Made by a program: the position numbers and the translations under genes
Part shown: positions 27,881 to 37,987 of the stretch, in pieces
Position numbering within the stretch: the first letter of the stretch is position 1
Layout of the letters: every line of letters starts with the position of its first letter
Notes under the pieces: generated by a model
What the model was told of the DNA's origin: nothing
The model's input: only the letters and a program-made list of their open reading frames with translations
Database searches by the model: none
Source of the DNA: a bacterium
GTDB lineage: Bacteria > SAR324 > XYD2-FULL-50-16
Direction: 5' to 3'
Assembly: GCA_032250835.1 (NCBI GenBank)
Contig: JAVVEA010000012.1
Coordinates: 1 to 64,000 of the forward strand
Length of the DNA stretch: 64,000 nucleotides

Positions 27881-30800
27881 ATGAGGCTACTTAGTAAGGC
27901 TTTTGTCTTGTTCGCATTTTTCTGGGCCCAGGGATCGGCACCCAGTTTATTTGCGGTGCCGGGGCTCCAAGAGGTTGAAGTTTTAAGCCAGCGCGACCAA
28001 GACCTGGATATTTCCCAAGTCCTTAGCTTAGGTACCGAGCAGTTCCGCCCCTTGCCCGTTCAGAACTTGGGCTTTGATCAACGTCCCCTTTGGCTCAAGG
28101 TCCAAATCCCGGCCCACCAAGCGCCCCTATTTCTGGCGCTGCCCTATGCGCCCTTGGACTGGGTCACCTTTTTTGCGCCCGGCAGCCAAATCGGCCAAAC
28201 TTCCGGTGCTTCGGTGCCCTTGGATCTTTGGCCCATCCCGCACCGCTATCCGATCTTTGAAATCCCCCCGGGGACGCAAAACCAATGGGCTTACCTAAAA
28301 ATCCGCTCAGATAAAGCGCTGATCTTCCCGGTGCGTGTTTGGGATCAACAAGAACTCAACCGGCACACTACCCTCGACGCAGTCTTGTTTGGGGCCCTCT
28401 ATGGCGCTTTGGCCATCATGTTCCTTTTCAACGGGCTGATTTACTTAAGCACCGGCCAAAAAGCCTACCTCTATTACCTCACTTCCTTGGTGGGTTTTGG
28501 GTTGTTGGTGGGCAGTTTGGAGGGTTTTGGACAACAATACTTCTGGCCCGCCTCGATCCACGCCGAGATGTTACCCTTCGGGGCGACGATGGCCCTTTGG
28601 GGTTCCTTGGGTTTCGCCCGACTTTTTTTAAAGAGCCAAAAATACCTACCTAAGCTGGACCGGGTGATCCGGCTTTATATGGCCAGCTGCTGGGTGTTGG
28701 CCCTTGCCGGGCTGGCCTTTTACTCGCGCGGTCTGCTGTTGGGGGTGGTTTTTTGGGTGTTGCCCGGATTGCTGTTGGTCTTGGCGACCGGATTGCGCGC
28801 TTGGCGCAAGCAAGTGGATGGGGCCCTTATTTTCTTGGGCTCCTGGGCGCTGTACGCCGCTGCTTCCTTATATGTGGCGCTGATCCCCCTCTTGAGATGG
28901 CCTTATCCGGTCCATTCTGAGTTGGTCATGTACCTCGGCATGACCCTCAACTTAGCCTTCTTGTCGCTGGCTTTGGCGCGCCAAATCAACCGCCTCAAAC
29001 AAGAGCAGGAAGCGGCGCAAAGGGAACTACTGCAGACCAAAGAAAACCTGATCGATCAATTACAACATACCCAGGAAACCAAAGATCGGTTTTTAGCCTC
29101 CACATCCCACGAGCTCCTGACCCCTCTGTCGGGAATCAACGGTTTAGTCGACATCATCCTGCACGAGCGCAGCCAAAACCTTGACTTGTCCGTGATCCGC
29201 GACCTTAAACTGGTCCAGGCCAACACGGCTAGGTTAGAGCATTTGGTTTCGGATATTTTGGATTTTTCCAAACTCTCCGAAGACCGCCTTAACCTCAACA
29301 TCCAGCCGCTGTCGCTGTGGAAATGCGCGGAATTTGTGTTGGCCAGTTGCCGCCCGTTGGTTTCAAACCACCACCAATTTCTAACCAACGCAGTACCCAC
29401 CGACTTCCCGAGCGTCTTAGCCGACGAGCGGCGCTTACAACAAATCCTGTTTAATTTAGTCGAAAATGCGATTAAATACAGCGAACAAGGTGAAATTTGC
29501 ATCCATGCGATTGAAGAGGAGGAGGAAGCTATCATCGAGGTGAGTGATCAAGGGCCCGGTATTCCCGCTGGGGAATGGGAGCGGCTCTTGATGCCCTTTG
29601 AGCGCGGCCGCCAAGTCGAGGCTTTAGGCCACCCCGGAACAGGTTTGGGCCTATCCTTAGTCAACCGACTGACCGAACTCCACCAGGGAAAACTCTCCTA
29701 CCACCGAACCCAGGGCCCTGGGGCCACCCTGCGCTTTACCCTCCCCTACAGCCAATCTGATGCGGTGAGCCCAAATCTAGCCGCCGAAGCACAACCACAA
29801 ACCGATCAGTGGGTGGTGTCCCGCGAAAGTCTGGGTTCGAAGATTTTGGTGGTCGAAGATGAACCCCTAGCTGGTGAATTGGTCGCCCGGATCTTAAATA
29901 AAAACGGCTTTCAAGCAATGGTAGTCAGCTCAGGGATCGAAGCCTTGGAGACCGTGGCCGAAGATCCGGCCATCGAGATGGTCTTATTGGATATCATGAT
30001 GCCCCATATGGATGGGTTTGAAGTTTGCCGCCGTCTGCGCGCCGAACATAGCGCCACCAATTTACCGATCCTGTTCTTGACCGCCCGTACCGATGTGGAA
30101 GATGTCGCCGAAGGTTTTGAGTCCGGCGGCAACGACTATATCACCAAGCCGGTCCGCCACACCGAATTACTCGCGAGGGTCACCAGCCACCTCAAAAGCC
30201 GCCAGTTGGTGGTGGCGCTGCAAGAAAACCGGATGCTGCAACGGGAAGTAGAACGCCGCCAGCGGATAGAAGGGTTATTAAAATCCATGCGGACTAGGTT
30301 GACCCGCGTCTTAGACGCCATCCCCAGCCCTTTTCTGGTCTTTGACCACCGGGGCTATCTTAGCTTCATCAACGCCGCCGGGGAAAGCTGTTGCGGTTTG
30401 GAGCTAGACGGAAAAACCACCCTACCCTTCGCGGAGTTGGCCCCTGGGATCAGTTGGGATCAGGCGATGGCCGGAAAACTCCCCGAAATCTCTTTAGACA
30501 AAAAGGACGGCAGCCAATGCAGGGCAATGGTTCACTGCCTTCCGCGCCACGGCGAAGCCGAAGCAGCCATGATTTTGACGTTGGTCGATGAAGAAAACCC
30601 GGAATCGAACCGTTGGCCGGTGCATCTGGGCTTCGACGCAACCGGGAACTTCCTGGGAACCCAGGACATCAAAACACGCCAAGAAACGCGGCTCATGCCC
30701 GAGCGCTTGGACGGCCTTCAAAACGCCCCCAACATCAGGCCCCAAGACTTGGCCGAAAAAAGTGCTGAGTTGATGAACGGTTGCCTCAATCTCTGGACCC

Positions 30801-31057
30801 AATACAGTGGCAAAGACAAATTGCAACTAGCCGAGGACAGCGGCCTTTGGACGGTCACCGCAGAAGCCAGCGGAACCTACCGCACCCGCACCCTCGACCG
30901 TTACCTTAAGTCCAGCACGCTGCCCAAGCGCCCCCGTTGGCGCAATGTGCTGCAAACCGCCTACTTTGTGCGCCAGCATATCCCCGAAGGCAGCGACGAC
31001 CGCAAAATACTTGACCAGCAATTAGAACAGCTAGAGGCCCTGCTGATCCACCAGTAG
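27881..31057 (+). CDS. 7TMR-DISM hybrid histidine kinase with REC, PAS-like and C-terminal ChiS-type DNA-binding domain
   Basis: TSHELLTP, GTGLGL, LDIMMP; C-terminal LAEDSGLW...RTRTLDRYL...LPKRPRWRNVL. Confidence 0.85.
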   Translation: MRLLSKAFVLFAFFWAQGSAPSLFAVPGLQEVEVLSQRDQDLDISQVLSLGTEQFRPLPVQNLGFDQRPLWLKVQIPAHQAPLFLALPYAPLDWVTFFAPGSQIGQTSGASVPLDLWPIPHRYPIFEIPPGTQNQWAYLKIRSDKALIFPVRVWDQQELNRHTTLDAVLFGALYGALAIMFLFNGLIYLSTGQKAYLYYLTSLVGFGLLVGSLEGFGQQYFWPASIHAEMLPFGATMALWGSLGFARLFLKSQKYLPKLDRVIRLYMASCWVLALAGLAFYSRGLLLGVVFWVLPGLLLVLATGLRAWRKQVDGALIFLGSWALYAAASLYVALIPLLRWPYPVHSELVMYLGMTLNLAFLSLALARQINRLKQEQEAAQRELLQTKENLIDQLQHTQETKDRFLASTSHELLTPLSGINGLVDIILHERSQNLDLSVIRDLKLVQANTARLEHLVSDILDFSKLSEDRLNLNIQPLSLWKCAEFVLASCRPLVSNHHQFLTNAVPTDFPSVLADERRLQQILFNLVENAIKYSEQGEICIHAIEEEEEAIIEVSDQGPGIPAGEWERLLMPFERGRQVEALGHPGTGLGLSLVNRLTELHQGKLSYHRTQGPGATLRFTLPYSQSDAVSPNLAAEAQPQTDQWVVSRESLGSKILVVEDEPLAGELVARILNKNGFQAMVVSSGIEALETVAEDPAIEMVLLDIMMPHMDGFEVCRRLRAEHSATNLPILFLTARTDVEDVAEGFESGGNDYITKPVRHTELLARVTSHLKSRQLVVALQENRMLQREVERRQRIEGLLKSMRTRLTRVLDAIPSPFLVFDHRGYLSFINAAGESCCGLELDGKTTLPFAELAPGISWDQAMAGKLPEISLDKKDGSQCRAMVHCLPRHGEAEAAMILTLVDEENPESNRWPVHLGFDATGNFLGTQDIKTRQETRLMPERLDGLQNAPNIRPQDLAEKSAELMNGCLNLWTQYSGKDKLQLAEDSGLWTVTAEASGTYRTRTLDRYLKSSTLPKRPRWRNVLQTAYFVRQHIPEGSDDRKILDQQLEQLEALLIHQ

Positions 31058-31140
31058 GGCAGCCTCTTGGGCTGGCCAACCTTGAAGAAGCCCATTTTAT
31101 TTGGTAGCGTAGGGGTTTTAGCCATCCCTCTACGCCAGCC

Positions 31141-31983
31141 ATGATCAACAAACATCTTGTTATCTTTAGTCTTATTGCCCTCTTTTGGGTTCCTGCTGTC
31201 CAGGCGGCAGATTTAACCGAGCTGCGCTCACAGGGCTTTGTCCGCGTGGGCTTCGGCAACGAAATACCCTATGGTTACCTGGACGAACAGGGCCGCCTGA
31301 CCGGTGAAGCGCCCGAAGTGGCCCGTGCGGTCTTTAAGCGACTGGGCGTGCCTGAGATCCAAGGCGTGATGACCGAATTCGGGGCCTTGATCCCTAGCCT
31401 CAAAGCCTCGCGGGTAGATGTCATCGCTGCGGGGATGTACATCACTCCGCGCCGCTGCGCTCAAGTGGCCTTTTCTGAGCCCAGCTACCAGATTGGCGAA
31501 GCCCTGGCCGTACCGCTGGGCAACCCGAAAAAGATCCATAGCTATGATGATTTGGTCCGGGCCAAAGACCTCCGCTTAGGGGTGATGGCCGGTGCCGTAG
31601 AGTTGGGCTATGCGCGCAAATTGGGGATCGGGCTGGGCCGCCTTTCTATTTCTTCGGACATCCCCACCGGGATCAGCGACTTAACCAGCGGGCGGATCGA
31701 CGCCTACGCCGGTACGGCACTGACCATCGAGCAGGCAGTCCGCCAAAACCCAGAGATCGAGCGGGTCGAACCCTTTAAGCCTTTGGTGATCGACGGAAAG
31801 CAGGTAAGCGGTTACGGGGCCTTTGGCTTTAAGCGGGCGGACAAAGAGCTACGCGATGCCTTTGATAAAGAACTAAAGAATTTTTTGGGCAGCAAGGAAC
31901 ACTTGGACCTAGTGCGGCCCTTTGGGTTCACCGAGAAGGAATTGCCCAACCGCAGCCGCGCCCAACTCTGTGCGGGGCGCTAA
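31141..31983 (+). CDS. ehuB: Ectoine/hydroxyectoine ABC transporter substrate-binding protein
   Basis: GFGNEIPY, GEAPEVAR, TEFGALIP, AAGMYITPRRC; operon order. Confidence 0.85.
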   Translation: MINKHLVIFSLIALFWVPAVQAADLTELRSQGFVRVGFGNEIPYGYLDEQGRLTGEAPEVARAVFKRLGVPEIQGVMTEFGALIPSLKASRVDVIAAGMYITPRRCAQVAFSEPSYQIGEALAVPLGNPKKIHSYDDLVRAKDLRLGVMAGAVELGYARKLGIGLGRLSISSDIPTGISDLTSGRIDAYAGTALTIEQAVRQNPEIERVEPFKPLVIDGKQVSGYGAFGFKRADKELRDAFDKELKNFLGSKEHLDLVRPFGFTEKELPNRSRAQLCAGR

Positions 31984-31986
31984 GCC

Positions 31987-32643
31987 ATGGAGTTTACCTT
32001 GGCGGGAGCGCTCCCGCTCCTGTTAAAAGGCTTTTGGGTGACCTTAGAAGTCTCTGCGGGGGGCCTGCTCTTGGCGTTGGTGGTGGCTTTCTGGGTGGGC
32101 ACCGCAGGGCTGATGCCCTGGCGTAGTTTGCGCTGGTTGGCTTGGGGTTATGTGGAATTTTTCCGGGGCACCTCGTTGCTGGTGCAGCTCTTTTGGCTCT
32201 ATTTTGTGTTGCCCTTCTTCGGCGTGGAGTTGAGCGCCCTGTTGACCGCTATCCTGGGGTTGGGCCTGCATATCGGGGCTTACGGTGCCGAGGTGGTGCG
32301 CGGAGCGCTGCTTTCGCTACCTAAAGGTCAATTTGAGGCCGCCCAGGCCTTGGGGCTAAATTTGCGCCAGACCATGGTCCGGGTCATCTGGCCCCAGGCT
32401 TTTCCGGTCATGTTGCCTTCACTGGGCAACCTCAGCATTGAGTTAACGAAGGCCAGCTCGCTGGTTTCGCTGATCACCCTGGCGGACCTGACCTTCCAGG
32501 CCCAAAGCTTACGCAACGCCACCTTTGCTACCGGGCCGATCTTTGGTTTGGTCTTAGTTTTCTATTTCCTGCTTTCCTCGCTGCTCGCTTGGGGCAGCAA
32601 AAAGGCCGAAAGGCAGTTTGCCTGGAGGCGTCATGGTCTTTGA
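31987..32643 (+). CDS. ehuC: Ectoine ABC transporter permease
   Basis: YVEFFRGTSLLVQLFWLYF, GAYGAEVVRG. Confidence 0.85.
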   Translation: MEFTLAGALPLLLKGFWVTLEVSAGGLLLALVVAFWVGTAGLMPWRSLRWLAWGYVEFFRGTSLLVQLFWLYFVLPFFGVELSALLTAILGLGLHIGAYGAEVVRGALLSLPKGQFEAAQALGLNLRQTMVRVIWPQAFPVMLPSLGNLSIELTKASSLVSLITLADLTFQAQSLRNATFATGPIFGLVLVFYFLLSSLLAWGSKKAERQFAWRRHGL

Positions 32644-33307
32644 TTGGGGCTTTGCAGCCGAAATCTTGCCCGAGCTGGTGGACGCCTTGGGCCTCAGTTT
32701 GCGGGTCACCGCGCTGAGCTTTACCCTGGCGTTATTGCTGGGGATGGTGCTGGCCTTGGGCCGCCGGGCGCAGTCGGGCTGGGTTGCCAGACCCGTCAGT
32801 TGGTTCGTCGAGTTCATCCGGCGCACCCCGCCGCTGGTGCAAATCTATTTGCTCTATTTCGCCGCGCCCGCCTGGGGGCTGCAATTAAGCCCCTTTTGGG
32901 CCGGCAGTCTCGCTTTGGGCCTGCATTACAGTTGTTACCTCGCCGAGGTTTACCGCGCCGGGATCGAGTCCATCCCCAAGGGGCAGTGGGAAGCTGCCCA
33001 GGCTCTAGGAATGCCCAAAGGTCTAGTCTACAAGGATGTGATCTTGCCCCAGGCGCTGCCGCCGGTCTTGCCCGCTATGGGCAACTATCTGATTGCGCTC
33101 TTTAAAGACACCCCTCTGCTCTCGGCGATCACGCTGTTGGAGTTACTGCAAGCGGCCAAGATTCTGGGCGCGTCTTACTTTCAATATCTTGAGCCCTTGA
33201 CCCTGGTGGGCCTGCTCTTTCTGGTGGTGAGTTTGACCTCTTCGGTGGGGTTGAGGCTGCTGGAACGCTGGCTTCCCCAGGCGGGCCTACCCATGAGGCA
33301 CCGATGA
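32633..33307 (+). CDS. ehuD: Ectoine ABC transporter permease
   Basis: MVFDW start, [26 protein letters not shown]. Confidence 0.85.
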   Translation: MVFDWGFAAEILPELVDALGLSLRVTALSFTLALLLGMVLALGRRAQSGWVARPVSWFVEFIRRTPPLVQIYLLYFAAPAWGLQLSPFWAGSLALGLHYSCYLAEVYRAGIESIPKGQWEAAQALGMPKGLVYKDVILPQALPPVLPAMGNYLIALFKDTPLLSAITLLELLQAAKILGASYFQYLEPLTLVGLLFLVVSLTSSVGLRLLERWLPQAGLPMRHR

Positions 33308-34065
33308 TCCAAATTGAAGGACTAAAAAAGCGCTACGGCTCTAAAGAAGTGCTCAAAGGCCTCGACCTGAACATCCCCGCCGGAGAGCGCCTTTCGATCA
33401 TCGGGCCTTCGGGCTCAGGCAAGTCCACCTTGCTGCGTGTGTTGATGGCTTTGGAGCCCTATCAGGAGGGTCAAGTGCGGGTCGATGGCGAATTGCTGCG
33501 CTTCCCTAAAGTACAGCCGAAGCTCCCCTTTTGGGACTCTAAGGACCTGCGCCGCTACCGCCGAAATCTGGGCATGGTGTTCCAGCATTTTAATCTCTTC
33601 AACCACATGACGGTCTTACGCAACCTAACCGAGGCGCCCTGCCGGGTTCTGGGCTTAAGCGCCACCGAGGCGCGCCAGCGGGCCGAAGAGTTGTTGGAGA
33701 TGGTGGGGTTGCAGGACTTTGCCCAGCGCTTTCCGGGCCAGCTTTCGGGCGGGCAAAAGCAACGGGTGGCGATCGCCCGTGCCTTGGCCATGCGCCCCAA
33801 GGTGATGCTTTTTGACGAAGTCACCTCCGCCTTGGACCCCGAACTAGTCGGTGAGGTCTTAGGCGTCATCCAGCATCTCGCCGAAGCCCACGAACTAACG
33901 ATCTTGATGGTCACCCACGAGATGAGCTTTGCCCGGCGCATCTCCGACCGGGTCCTATTTTTTGATCAGGGGTTAATTGTGGAGCAGGGCACCCCCGAGC
34001 AGATCTTCGACCACCCCCGCCATGAGCGCACCGCCCAGTTTCTTTCGGCGGTACATAGCCCCTAG
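33304..34065 (+). CDS. ehuA: Ectoine ABC transporter ATP-binding protein
   Basis: [28 protein letters not shown]. Confidence 0.85.
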   Translation: MIQIEGLKKRYGSKEVLKGLDLNIPAGERLSIIGPSGSGKSTLLRVLMALEPYQEGQVRVDGELLRFPKVQPKLPFWDSKDLRRYRRNLGMVFQHFNLFNHMTVLRNLTEAPCRVLGLSATEARQRAEELLEMVGLQDFAQRFPGQLSGGQKQRVAIARALAMRPKVMLFDEVTSALDPELVGEVLGVIQHLAEAHELTILMVTHEMSFARRISDRVLFFDQGLIVEQGTPEQIFDHPRHERTAQFLSAVHSP

Positions 34066-34508
34066 GTTTCTAAATAGACCACCAAGTCCACCAAGGTCAG
34101 TTCGCCGATCACTTTGCCTTGGGCGTCTAAGACCGGGACTTCCTTGACGTTGCTGTCGATCATGCGGCGCAGAAGGGCCCGCACCTCCTCTTCGGGCGTG
34201 CAAAACAGCGGGTGCTGGATCATCAATTCTTCGGCCCGCTCTCCGGTGATCAACGAAAGCAACCGGCGGCCATGGACCTGGGGCAAGTGGTCTTGGGCCA
34301 AAAGAAACCGGACCAAGTCCTTGACCGCTAGGGCTCCCTTGAGTCGGTTTTGTTCGTCGACTACATAAAACAACCGGTTGCAACGGTAGCGGTCTAAGGC
34401 CCGGACCCAATCGGCCCGTTCGGCCTGGGTCGGGAGGGTCGGGATTTCGCGGTGCCCGATGCGCTCCAGCAAATCGGACACGCTGCTACGTCGGTCCTTT
34501 TTACTCAT
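34062..34508 (-). CDS. CBS domain protein
   Basis: [11 protein letters not shown] and [15 protein letters not shown] pair, coupled to the antiporter gene. Confidence 0.85.
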   Translation of the reverse strand: MSKKDRRSSVSDLLERIGHREIPTLPTQAERADWVRALDRYRCNRLFYVVDEQNRLKGALAVKDLVRFLLAQDHLPQVHGRRLLSLITGERAEELMIQHPLFCTPEEEVRALLRRMIDSNVKEVPVLDAQGKVIGELTLVDLVVYLET

Positions 34509-35778
34509 CTTCACCTCCCTTAGACCCTCTCTGGCCCGCTTCGCCAGCCAGATTCAACGCAAAGCGGATGAAGAAGGGGCTGATCAATTCGTTTAAGACC
34601 ACCGTAGCTAAAATACCGTTAACCAATAAAGAGCCCACGGGGCCCGCTGGCAAACTGGCTTTGGCCGAGAGCACTAAGCCCACGGCCACCCCCGCCTGGG
34701 GCGTCAGCCCCAAACCTAGATATTTGACCACCTGCGGCGGGCTTCCGCTAACCTTGGCGCCCAACCCGGCCCCCAATAACTTACCTAAAAAACGCGCCAG
34801 CAGGATCAATACCGCTAGGGCCCCGGCCTGAGGCAAAACACTCAAATCCAGATGGGCCCCGGCGAGCAGAAAAAACATCCCGAAGATCGGCTCTTCGATC
34901 TCTTCGACCACCGCAAAAAGGTCTTGGTGGTGCTGTAAGAAGTTAACCAAAACAAAGCCCAAGGTCATGTTGGCCAGCAGGGGCGAAGCCCCTAAACTAT
35001 GGGCCAATCCAGCACAGAGAAAGAGCGCGCCCCAGGCGACGCCAAAAAGCCCCAAACCGGGAGAAAAATGACGCGCCACCAGGGCCATAGCCCAACCAAG
35101 CACCCCGCCCAGCAGCAGGGCCAGACCAATTTCACGCCCAATAAACCCGAGTGAGGCACCCCAAGAAACCACCCCTACGCCCACCAAGGCCAAGACCCCC
35201 GTTTTGGCCAAGGCAAAGGCGGTGATGCCCAGGGCATCGTCGATAGCCACGACCCCCAACAACAATTGGGTCAAAGGGCCATCGGCACGGACCTCATGGA
35301 TCACCGCTAAAGTCGCCGCCGGGGCGGTAGAGACGCAGAGCGCTCCGATCATGATGGCCAGAGGCAATAATTCAGTGCGCCAGTCCAAAGAAGGATCGAC
35401 CACCTGACCCAACCCATAGGCGGCGACCACCGCCAAAAAAGGAAACAACATGGCCCCAAAGCCTTCGGCCAAAGTCACCGTGGCGATCTGAAGCCCTAGT
35501 TTTTTAAGCTGTTTCCAGCGCAACACCCCGCCGATGGAAAAGGCAATCGCCCCCAGGGCAATGTCCGTGATCAGGCCCAAACGCTCCTCGACCACCGTTG
35601 CCGAAAGCAGTCCGGTCACCGAAGGGCTAGCCAGCATCCCCACCACCAGATAACCGGTTACCTTAGGTGAATGGAGGCGGTGGGCCAAGAGCCCCGCCGC
35701 ATGGCTAAGCAGCAGCAACAGGCCGACAAAGACCAGCGGATGGGCCGATTGGAAGGGAACCAGAAAAGACGAAAACAT
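34501..35778 (-). CDS. Cation:proton antiporter (CPA family)
   Basis: STAPAATLAV, VVAIDDA, PQAGVAVGL; about 12 transmembrane segments. Confidence 0.9.
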   Translation of the reverse strand: MFSSFLVPFQSAHPLVFVGLLLLLSHAAGLLAHRLHSPKVTGYLVVGMLASPSVTGLLSATVVEERLGLITDIALGAIAFSIGGVLRWKQLKKLGLQIATVTLAEGFGAMLFPFLAVVAAYGLGQVVDPSLDWRTELLPLAIMIGALCVSTAPAATLAVIHEVRADGPLTQLLLGVVAIDDALGITAFALAKTGVLALVGVGVVSWGASLGFIGREIGLALLLGGVLGWAMALVARHFSPGLGLFGVAWGALFLCAGLAHSLGASPLLANMTLGFVLVNFLQHHQDLFAVVEEIEEPIFGMFFLLAGAHLDLSVLPQAGALAVLILLARFLGKLLGAGLGAKVSGSPPQVVKYLGLGLTPQAGVAVGLVLSAKASLPAGPVGSLLVNGILATVVLNELISPFFIRFALNLAGEAGQRGSKGGEDE

Positions 35779-35969
35779 AAAGATGTCCTGAAAGCCTGGG
35801 GCAAATGTTTGTTTTCATATTGTCATAAATTGCGCTAAATTGCAGTTAAATCCCGAATCAAGAAGGGATTTTTCTCAAATTGTTTAGTAAAATAGACTAC
35901 AGTCTTACCTACCACCCTGAAGGCCAACTAGTGAACTACTTTGCGAACGACCCATTGAAAGGGGGAAAC

Positions 35970-37210
35970 ATGGGCAGTCTTCCCAAACTATTTTATTGGC
36001 TATCACCCTACTGAGCCTTTCGTTGCCTGCCTCGGCCATCGAACGACGACAGAATCAATTTTTAAACGAAGAAAGTTATATGTTTGTTCCGCTGCCCTAT
36101 TCGATTCCGGGCATCGGCCAAGGCGTCATGTTTACCGGGCTGGCGGGCAACGCGCTGGGGACCTATACGGACCTTTACCTGTTGGCTATCACCGGTGACG
36201 CCAGCGGACAAATCTTGGGCCTCGAAGACATCCATCTGGTGGATGAGACCTTAATTTTCAATTATTTTTATCAAGGCCTCAATAAAGCATCGGTGCAAAT
36301 GTACGAAGCAAGGGGGATGGATACCCAAAAGGACGACTTTCAATTCATCGTCTTAGATAAGGTCACCGGCACGGACACCAACCTATGGTTGACCCTTTGG
36401 GAGCGCCGGATTGAGGCCTATATTGGCCGCTGGAGTCAGGGCGTGGGGGTGACCGCTATCAACGATGCCGAAGGCAACCTGCTAGCCAGTTACGACGAGT
36501 CCTATACCTTCGAGAATCAAACCAACTATTATGGCTTGCGCCTGGACTATACCGACGACCGGCAAAACCCCTTCGCCGGAGTTCGCCTTGAGGCCCTACG
36601 CACCTCGAGCCCGCCGAGTAACGACTTACAGCCGGACTATTATGTAGTCACCAAGTCGGCCTCCGCTTACATCCCCATTGGCAAAGCGAGTACCTTCGCC
36701 TTCCACCACCGGGTTTCCGATGCCATCGTCAACCGCGAGGGCGAGACCGACCCCTTGGCCATTGCCGCGGAGCAGGGAGTGACCTGCAACGACGCAGATG
36801 CAGCCTGCTTAGCGGCCGTTGAGTCGCTAACGGCGACCACGGCGGCAGAACGTAAATACGGCACCGCCGAAGATCTGGGCGGTCAGAACCGCCTGCGGGC
36901 TTATCCCCAAAGCCGGTTTAAGGGTGCCCATTCGCTCTATCAGTCCGCTGAACTACGGCTCACCCTTTTTGACGAAGTGACCCCCTTTAACTTCTGGATC
37001 TGGAAAGACGTCAGTACCGGAATCCAACTGGCCCTCTTTTATGAACAAGGTGCCGCCAGCGACGACGCCAGCGAACTGACCTCCAAGCTACGTACCTCTA
37101 ACGGAGCCGGTATTCGGATGGTTTCTGGCTCGGGCTATGTCTACCGCTTCGACTTAGCCCAAGGCGACGAAGGCAGCCAGACGACCGTCATGTTCGCTTA
37201 CCCCTGGTAA
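35970..37210 (+). CDS. Omp85/BamA-like outer-membrane beta-barrel; 1-bp frameshift in the signal peptide
   Basis: GGQNRLRAY loop motif and aromatic C-terminus. The SD-supported ATG at 35970 is out of frame with the 35996 ORF; one extra T at 35991-35994 gives MGSLPKLFLLAITLLSLSLPASA. Confidence 0.7.
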
Positions 37211-37223
37211 CCCCCAACGGACC

Positions 37224-37892
37224 ATGTCAAATCCCCCGGACCTAACCGCCCCCGCCCAAACACCACGCCAGGAGCTGGCCAACTGGCTTTTGCACGGCTT
37301 AGGCTTAGTCTTAAGTACCGCCGGGGCGGCGGTGGCCATCACCTTCGCGGGGATTTACGGTAACCTTTGGCATATTGTGGGCGTTTCTATCTACGGCGCG
37401 ACGCTGGTCATCCTCTACGGTTCTTCGACGCTCTACCACGCCGCCCGCTCCGAGGTGGCCAAGCGGCGGCTGAGGATTGCCGACCATATCGGCATCTTCT
37501 TGTTGATTGCGGGCACCTACACCCCTTTCACCTTCGTGACGCTACAAGGAGGCTGGGGTTGGAGCATTTTCGGGGTACAGTGGGGGCTGGCTTTGGTCGG
37601 TATCTGCTTTAAGCTGTTTTTTGTGGGCCGGTTCCAGCTGATGTCCACCCTGGCTTACTTGGGGATGGGTTGGATGATTGTGGTGGCGATCTATCCTTTG
37701 TACCAAGCCCTGGCCCATTGGGGCTTGTTTTGGCTAGTCGCCGGGGGGCTGGCCTATAGCCTGGGCACCCTTTTCTTCCATAAAGAAGAGTATGGATACA
37801 ACCACGCCATCTGGCATGGTTTTGTGATGGTTGGGTCGGTTTGCCATTTCATGGCGATCTTCTTTTTTGTGATCCCTGAAGTGACCCAATAG
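37224..37892 (+). CDS. Haemolysin III / PAQR family membrane protein
   Basis: ELANWLLH, SSTLYH, DHIGIFLLIAGTYTPF, HAIWHGFV. Confidence 0.95.
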   Translation: MSNPPDLTAPAQTPRQELANWLLHGLGLVLSTAGAAVAITFAGIYGNLWHIVGVSIYGATLVILYGSSTLYHAARSEVAKRRLRIADHIGIFLLIAGTYTPFTFVTLQGGWGWSIFGVQWGLALVGICFKLFFVGRFQLMSTLAYLGMGWMIVVAIYPLYQALAHWGLFWLVAGGLAYSLGTLFFHKEEYGYNHAIWHGFVMVGSVCHFMAIFFFVIPEVTQ

Positions 37893-37987
37893 GGAAACTT
37901 GTCAGATGATTTTACAAGAATAAAACATCCCCTTGATTAGCCAACTCCTTTTGTCCTCTAGTTTGGGGCCATCAGAAGGAGTTGCCC

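Noticed and set aside
35811-35830. Pho box (tttcat...tgtcat)
   Set aside because: The half-sites are 8 bp apart, not 11.
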